Positions 58,765 to 64,000 of a stretch of 64,000 bases of DNA are shown one piece after another; the first letter of the stretch is position 1; each line of letters begins with the position of its first letter. This DNA comes from an uncultured Collinsella sp. (GTDB lineage: Bacteria > Actinomycetota > Coriobacteriia > Coriobacteriales > Coriobacteriaceae): the NCBI GenBank assembly GCA_900548265.1, contig URKG01000006.1, positions 12,052-76,051 of the forward strand, given 5' to 3'. The notes under the pieces were generated by a model, which saw only the letters and a program-made list of their open reading frames with translations, did no database searches and was not told the DNA's origin. The position numbers and the translations under genes are program-made.

Positions 58765-59526
58765 ATGAAGGTATTCGATATCATGTTTAGCCCGACCGGC
58801 GGAACGGAAAAGGTATCTAACTACATTGTCAATGCGTTAGAAGGGGAAACCGTTGCTGTAGATTTGACCGATAGCGGGCTTGGCTTTCGTGCGATTGCGA
58901 TGACAAAAGAGGATGTGGCCGTGATCGCGGTGCCCTCGTATGGCGGGCGAGTCCCGGCTGTGGTCGCGGAGCGTTTGGGTATGATGCGAGGAAATGGCGC
59001 ACAGGCGGTTCTGGTTTGTGCTTATGGAAACCGCGCATATGAGGACACACTGGTCGAGCTTGAGGACGCGGCAAAGGGCGCAGGTTTTCGGGTGATCGCG
59101 GCGGTTTCTGCCATCGCCGAGCATTCTATTGTTCGCCAGATTGCCGCCGGCAGACCAGATGCGCAGGACGCGGCACAGCTCACTGGGTTTGCGAATCAGA
59201 TTCAGCAAAAGATATCTGCAGGAGATGCTTCTGAGCCGGCTATTCCGGGCAATCGTCCCTATAAGAAGGCCGGGGGCACTGGTATGGTGCCTAAGGCCAC
59301 AAAGGAGTGCACCGCCTGCGGGGCTTGCGCCACAGCGTGTCCCGTTGGCGCTATCGATAAAGACGATCCCAAACGGGTGGACAAAAAGGCCTGCATTTCC
59401 TGCATGCGCTGCGTTGCCGTGTGTCCGCGGGGCGCGCGTGGGCTAAGTCCTGTCATGCTCTCTGCGGCTACCAAGATGTTGAGTAAAGCCTGTGCCGAGC
59501 GGAAGGAGTGCGAGCTGTTTATCTAG
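58765..59526 (+). CDS. Flavodoxin-like + 2x[4Fe-4S] ferredoxin protein (EFR1-like)
   Basis: FSPTGGT, PSYGGRVP, YGNRAYED, CTACGACATACP, CISCMRCVAVCP. Confidence 0.88.
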   Translation: MKVFDIMFSPTGGTEKVSNYIVNALEGETVAVDLTDSGLGFRAIAMTKEDVAVIAVPSYGGRVPAVVAERLGMMRGNGAQAVLVCAYGNRAYEDTLVELEDAAKGAGFRVIAAVSAIAEHSIVRQIAAGRPDAQDAAQLTGFANQIQQKISAGDASEPAIPGNRPYKKAGGTGMVPKATKECTACGACATACPVGAIDKDDPKRVDKKACISCMRCVAVCPRGARGLSPVMLSAATKMLSKACAERKECELFI

Positions 59527-59614
59527 CGCAAGGGCCTTGAGTACTTTCCGTTTTATAACGGCAAAAAACGAACCCGTCGGACCTTATATCCGGCGGGTTC
59601 GAACATTTTAAAGT

Positions 59615-59754
59615 TGGTGCCCCCAGCGGGATGTCCGCGTGCGGCTGGCGCCGCCCGCTTCCGCTGCGTCGCTCCGCTCCTTGCGTGCTGCGCTGGAAAA
59701 CGCTTGCGCGTTTCCTCAGCTCCGCACCCTGTCGGGTTCGAATTCCGGCGTATG
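59615..59754 (-). repeat. tRNA-linked element ending in an 18-bp copy of the tRNA-Glu 3' end
   Basis: TGGTGCCCCCAGCGGGAT at 59615-59632 is identical to 59804-59821; body resembles 37205-37341; own terminator at about 59563-59601. Confidence 0.78.
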
Positions 59755-59760
59755 GGTAGC

Positions 59761-59793
59761 AAAAAGCCCGTCACCGCAAGGGCAACGGGCTTC
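59761..59793 (-). terminator. tRNA-Glu terminator
   Basis: Minus strand AAGCCCGTTGCC..TGACGGGCTTTTT. Confidence 0.75.
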
Positions 59794-59803
59794 TCAGTTT
59801 AAA

Positions 59804-59880
59804 TGGTGCCCCCAGCGGGATTCGAACCCGCGATATCCACCTTGAAAGGGTGGCGTCCTTGGCCGCTAGACGATGGGGAC
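59804..59880 (-). tRNA. tRNA-Glu (TTC), CCA encoded
   Basis: GTCCCCATCGTCTAGCGGCCAAGGACGCCACC-CTTTCAA-GGTGG..GCGGGTTCGAATCCCGC-TGGGGGC-ACCA. Confidence 0.97.
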
Positions 59881-59980
59881 AGCGGGAAAGAGTATAGCAG
59901 ACTTTTTTGCCGGCGCGTATATCGTTGGCAAACTGGAAAACCACCACAAAGGAGTAGGCTTCTATTCCGATTTTCAAATA

Positions 59981-60115
59981 TCTCAATCTGTAACATCTGG
60001 GCGGGCAAATCGGCTCTATCTGTTACAGATCGAGACAGACGGCAGGCGTCGGGACGAACATCTCATTCTGTAACAGCAAGACGACTTTTAACGGTCTAAA
60101 TGTTACAGATTGAGA
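59981..60115. repeat. Four alternating 15-bp arms at exact 40-bp spacing (two 80-bp palindromic units)
   Basis: TCTCA(A/T)TCTGTAACA at 59981 and 60061; TGTTACAGAT(C/T)GAGA at 60021 and 60101. Confidence 0.9.
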
Positions 60116-60138
60116 CAAACCGCTGGGACGGGGCAAAA

Positions 60139-60171
60139 CCACCACAAAGGTGGCTGTCCCCTTTGTGGTGG
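60139..60171 (-). repeat. Palindrome family B, copy 5 (reverse orientation); a half copy lies at about 59938-59953
   Basis: CCACCACAAAG-GTGGCTGTCCC-CTTTGTGGTGG. Confidence 0.88.
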
Positions 60172-60178
60172 CGGGGCG

Positions 60179-62356
60179 TTAGGGGAGGAGCTTCATGGCG
60201 GCGTCGTGGGCGGCGTGCTCGTAGGTGTCGTCGAGGGACTTGAGCGGCAGCAGGGCTGTGGCCTGTGCATCGCCGCGGCGCTCGAGGGCGTGCGCGATGA
60301 GCCAGTCGGCGAGCTCGGGGTTCTTGGGCAGCGCCGGGCCATGCAGGTACGTGCCGATGACGCCCTTGTAGATCAGGCCCTCGAAGCCGTCGTCTCCGTT
60401 GTTGCCGGTGCCCGTGACGACGGACGTTCCAAGCGGCGTGGCATCTGCGTCGAGTAGAGTACGGCCGCCGTGGTTCTCGAATCCCACAAAGGGCTCGGGT
60501 GCCAGGTCGGTCTTGACGGCGACGTTGCCGATCAGGCGGTCAGAACCGCGCACGGTTTCGGCGGAAATGACACCCAGACCTTCGATGCGATTCTCGCCCA
60601 TATAGTACGAACGGCCGAGCAGCTGATAACTGCCGCAGATAGCAAGCAGCGAGCCGCCGTCCTCAACATAAGCCGCAACCTTGTCTTTTTGAGCGAGCAG
60701 CTCGTGCGCCACGGCCAGCTGGTCGCGATCGGAGCCGCCGCCCATCATGACGATATCGGCGTCGGTGAGATCGAGCGACTCGCCCATACGGACCTCGTCC
60801 ACGCGCACGGGAATGCCACGCCAGGCGCAGCGGCGCTCGAGGGCGATGACATTGCCGCCGTCGCCATAGAGGTTGAGGGCATCGGGGTACAGATAGACGA
60901 TGCGCAGGGGGCGCGAAAGCTCGACCGGCGCGACGCCGACGGGGACAGCGCTCCCATCGGCGCGTGTTACGGCGCAGGAGGCAACCGAGCTCGCATCGGT
61001 ATCCTTAAGCCCGTCGAGCTCCTTGACCAGCGGCGGAAAGGCCGTGTAGTTGGCGACGGCATAGAAAGTGTCGCCGTCGGCTTCATCCCCAACGGCGCCG
61101 ATCGCCTGCTCGATATTCGAGATGATGGCGGCATCGATGCCGGCGTACTTGAGGCGCACCTGCATGTCGTGCGCGCGCGTGCCGCCGGCAAAGGCGACAA
61201 GTCCCGCTGTGTCGGCGATGCGCTCAAAGTCGACGTCGTAGATCCACGATACATCGTGGCCGTCGGCATCGTTGTCGTTGAGGAAGAAAGCGCAGAGTCT
61301 GCCACCTGCTGTTTTAATGGACTGGATCTGGCGATCGAAGCCTACGGGATTCTTGGCCAGGTTGGCCTCGACGGTTCGGCCGGCGATATTCCAACGGCCC
61401 ATGCGTCCGCCTGCTGGCACGTAGGCATCGAGCGTGGGCTGCAGGTGAGCTGCGTCCACGCCCAGCTCGCGCGCCGCAAAGAAGGCCGCGGCAACGTTGT
61501 AGACCATGTACAGGCCGTTATAGCGCGTGGCGATGCGCGTGGCAGGTGCGTCGGCATCGGGTCCAAAGTTCAAGTCAAAGCCGTAGCCGTCGCAGCCGAG
61601 CTCCACGCCCGTCACGCGACGGACAAGCCCGGGGCGGGCCCAGCCGCACGAGGGACAATGGTATGCGCCAAGCTGTCCGTACTGCACATAGTCGTACTCC
61701 AACGGCGCGTTGCACTGTGAGCAAAAACGCGAGTCGCTAATGCGGTCGGATTCGGTGTCGGTGGCGCCGTCGATGCCAAAGGCGATGCTTGCATTGGGAA
61801 CGCGCGCGGCGATCGCGGCACACAGCGGGTCGTCTGCGTTGTAGATGAGCGTCGTTGCCGGTGAAAGCTCCAGCGCGTGGGCGATGACGTCTTGGGTATG
61901 GTCGATCTCGCCGTAACGGTCCAGCTGGTCGCGGAACAGGTTGAGCAGCACAAAGTACGTCGGCTTGAGCTTGGGCAGAACGCGTACGGTGTAGAGCTCG
62001 TCGCACTCAAAAACGCCCACGCGCTTGCCGCTGCTGGTGTGCTTAAGGCCGCCGCGGGCCTCGAGCAGAGCACCCACCACGCCAGGCTCCATATTGTTGC
62101 CGGCGCGGTTGCATACCACGGTGGCGCCGCTGGCAGCAACTGCGTCGGCGATGAGGTTGGAGGTTGTGGTCTTGCCGTTGGTGCCGGTGATCACCACGCT
62201 GCGGTCGACTAGGCTTGCGAGGTCGCTTAGCAGCTCGGGGTCGATCTTCATGGCGATGCGGCCGGGAAGCACGCCGCCCTGGCGCTTGAGGACGGAGCGC
62301 AGCCCCCAGCGAGCGATATCGCTCGAGGTGCAGGCGAGAGATGAGCGGAGATTCAT
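60179..62356 (-). CDS. murT-gatD: Fused MurT ligase / GatD glutamine amidotransferase (lipid II amidation)
   Basis: ITGTNGKTTT, LNLFRDQLDRYGE, two CxxC pairs, LAKNPVG, DGHDVSWIYD; then LNLYGDGGN, AICGSYQLLG, FENHGG, TYLHGP.LPKNP. Confidence 0.92.
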   Translation of the reverse strand: MNLRSSLACTSSDIARWGLRSVLKRQGGVLPGRIAMKIDPELLSDLASLVDRSVVITGTNGKTTTSNLIADAVAASGATVVCNRAGNNMEPGVVGALLEARGGLKHTSSGKRVGVFECDELYTVRVLPKLKPTYFVLLNLFRDQLDRYGEIDHTQDVIAHALELSPATTLIYNADDPLCAAIAARVPNASIAFGIDGATDTESDRISDSRFCSQCNAPLEYDYVQYGQLGAYHCPSCGWARPGLVRRVTGVELGCDGYGFDLNFGPDADAPATRIATRYNGLYMVYNVAAAFFAARELGVDAAHLQPTLDAYVPAGGRMGRWNIAGRTVEANLAKNPVGFDRQIQSIKTAGGRLCAFFLNDNDADGHDVSWIYDVDFERIADTAGLVAFAGGTRAHDMQVRLKYAGIDAAIISNIEQAIGAVGDEADGDTFYAVANYTAFPPLVKELDGLKDTDASSVASCAVTRADGSAVPVGVAPVELSRPLRIVYLYPDALNLYGDGGNVIALERRCAWRGIPVRVDEVRMGESLDLTDADIVMMGGGSDRDQLAVAHELLAQKDKVAAYVEDGGSLLAICGSYQLLGRSYYMGENRIEGLGVISAETVRGSDRLIGNVAVKTDLAPEPFVGFENHGGRTLLDADATPLGTSVVTGTGNNGDDGFEGLIYKGVIGTYLHGPALPKNPELADWLIAHALERRGDAQATALLPLKSLDDTYEHAAHDAAMKLLP

Positions 62357-62401
62357 GAAGCCGTTCCTAACATAGATGACATGGTCGGGGCGATCGCGTC
62401 G

Positions 62402-63445
62402 CTAAAAGCCGTAGCGGCGCGCAAATTCCTGGGCAAGTTGCGACACGTCTTCGCAGGCGTTGGCCCAGGGGGCAAAGTCGGGGGTATCCGAGATGATGCC
62501 GTCGGCTTCCCAAACGGCCTGGTGCGAAAGATCCCAGGGGTCGTGCGGCTCGGGCCGGCAGGGAAGGTACGGCGTCTGGTACACCGGATTCAGCAAAAAG
62601 AACGCGCCGCCCTCGCAACGGTTGGCAAACTCGCGCAGTGCACGTGTCGCCGGACGCATCTTGTTTGTTTTGAACAGCAGAATCGTGCGGGCGAGCAGGT
62701 ACCAGGGGGAGCTCTCGAGTGCATCAGCTCCCACCTGCTCCTCGAGCTGGTGAGCCAGGGCAAAAAAGCCGTCCTGGTCTTCCAAGCGGGCGAGGGCGAG
62801 CAACACGGTGCCGGCGGTTCGGGTGGGATAACCTTCTGCCTTAAGGACGCGGCGGGCGTAGTTGGCAGCAGCACGGTAACGAGCGCTCGCCATGCACAGC
62901 TGCGAGATGGCCTCGAGCGTGTGGAGCCACCCGATAAGCGCCGGCTCGCTCACGGTGAGGTCTGCTGCGGTGACACTGTCGGCCAAAACATTATTGGCCC
63001 AGTAGTGCGGGGCCTCCATATCAAACCCGGGCACGCTCTGCTGCAGGTAGTCGGCGGTGCTCGCCTCGAGCTTCATCAGGTCGCCCAGGCAGGCATCGAC
63101 GGGTGTGTCCGCCAGGATGATGGCGAGCAGCTGCGCATCGACGGCAAGTGCATCGACGCGAACAATCTTGAGCAGCTCGTCGCGCATGTCGTCGAACAGG
63201 CGGTTGCGCGTCTGCTCAAACTCCTCGTCGCTGCCCATGTCTTCGATGCGACGAAGCTCGTCAAGCAAATGACGATGAACGCCGGCATAGGACAGCAGCG
63301 CTTGGGCATGCTCGGTCTGCGCATACTTGTGAGGGTTTGCGCTGATGTCGTTATGGACAAGCTCGCGTGCTGCATCGGTGAGTTCGGGGTGCGACGCCAG
63401 ATAGGTGCGCTCCAGATAGGCGGGGATGTAGACGCTCGGATCCAT
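62402..63445 (-). CDS. Hypothetical helical protein (347 aa)
   Basis: RBS GGAG, host-like codons, translationally coupled to the upstream gene. Confidence 0.75.
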   Translation of the reverse strand: MDPSVYIPAYLERTYLASHPELTDAARELVHNDISANPHKYAQTEHAQALLSYAGVHRHLLDELRRIEDMGSDEEFEQTRNRLFDDMRDELLKIVRVDALAVDAQLLAIILADTPVDACLGDLMKLEASTADYLQQSVPGFDMEAPHYWANNVLADSVTAADLTVSEPALIGWLHTLEAISQLCMASARYRAAANYARRVLKAEGYPTRTAGTVLLALARLEDQDGFFALAHQLEEQVGADALESSPWYLLARTILLFKTNKMRPATRALREFANRCEGGAFFLLNPVYQTPYLPCRPEPHDPWDLSHQAVWEADGIISDTPDFAPWANACEDVSQLAQEFARRYGF

Positions 63446-64000
63446 TAGAGGTCTCCTCCCTTAAACGGCAAACCCTGCTCGGCCGCGCGCAGGATTCGTT
63501 CGTCGATCTGGGAGCGCACGATGTCGTTGGTGGCGACCCAGGCGGCAAAGCTGGCGTTGTCGGGCGCGCCTAGGCCCTCCTGCAGCACCAGCGTCGCCTC
63601 GGACAGGGCAAGGACAAGCTCATCGGTGGAGCCCACACCTACGTTGACGCGAGCATAGACGCCATCGGGAAATTCGGTTTGGAAGTAGAGCGCCTCGGCT
63701 GCGTGCGGGCATGAGCGCACCAGGATACGCAGATAGTGTTCGGCACCCTCGTAGTCCAGCTCGCGCCAGGCTGCGCTCATCAGCGCGATGAGCGTCCACG
63801 GGTCCAGGTCGCGCTCCGCATCTTTGGGGCGGCGGCGCAGCGGGGTATTCGCGAGATAGGGTACGGAGTGGGCGGAACGAAAACGCTTGAGCTCCTCGGC
63901 AGGGTATTCAAGCTTTGCCATGGCGAGCATTGCGGTGTGGCGGACGCCAGCGGGGTCGTTGGGCGCAAAGTCCAGGCTGCGATTCACGGCATCCAGCGAC
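63445..64000 (-). CDS. Hypothetical protein, 3' part (start outside window)
   Basis: Open frame running to the window edge; stop overlaps the next start. Confidence 0.7.
   Translation of the reverse strand, partial: SLDAVNRSLDFAPNDPAGVRHTAMLAMAKLEYPAEELKRFRSAHSVPYLANTPLRRRPKDAERDLDPWTLIALMSAAWRELDYEGAEHYLRILVRSCPHAAEALYFQTEFPDGVYARVNVGVGSTDELVLALSEATLVLQEGLGAPDNASFAAWVATNDIVRSQIDERILRAAEQGLPFKGGDL

Overview
A 64-kb, GC-rich chromosomal window from a Coriobacteriia actinobacterium. Gene content and codon style look Collinsella-like; this is an inference, not a database result. Housekeeping genes: 3' end of ligA, moaA and a moaC-mobB fusion, gatCAB, ssrA (tmRNA), rplM-rpsI, glmM, a PTS EIIA, nagB, a split MetH/MetF methionine operon, type III glnA, tRNA-Glu(TTC) and a murT-gatD fusion. 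Transport and regulation: MATE+MerR, two ABC heterodimers, an MFS transporter and a P1B ATPase. Accessory content: a sortase-C pilus locus with a G9 tract and an insert holding a candidate SOS-controlled small membrane toxin, a RelB-like/PIN toxin-antitoxin pair, and a low-GC C5-methyltransferase plus putative nuclease inside the methionine operon. The intergenic DNA is unusually rich in distinct palindromic element families. The strongest candidates for undescribed biology are: (i) a ~145-bp hairpin element with a one-sided, decaying zone of cytosine loss beside both copies; (ii) a DUF559/Vsr-like nuclease gene bracketed by a palindrome that also occurs as solo copies; (iii) a small element behind both tmRNA and tRNA-Glu whose ends copy the T-arm of its own host gene; (iv) the LexA-boxed 50-aa toxin-like gene. 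All product calls come from motif recognition by eye; no searches were run.
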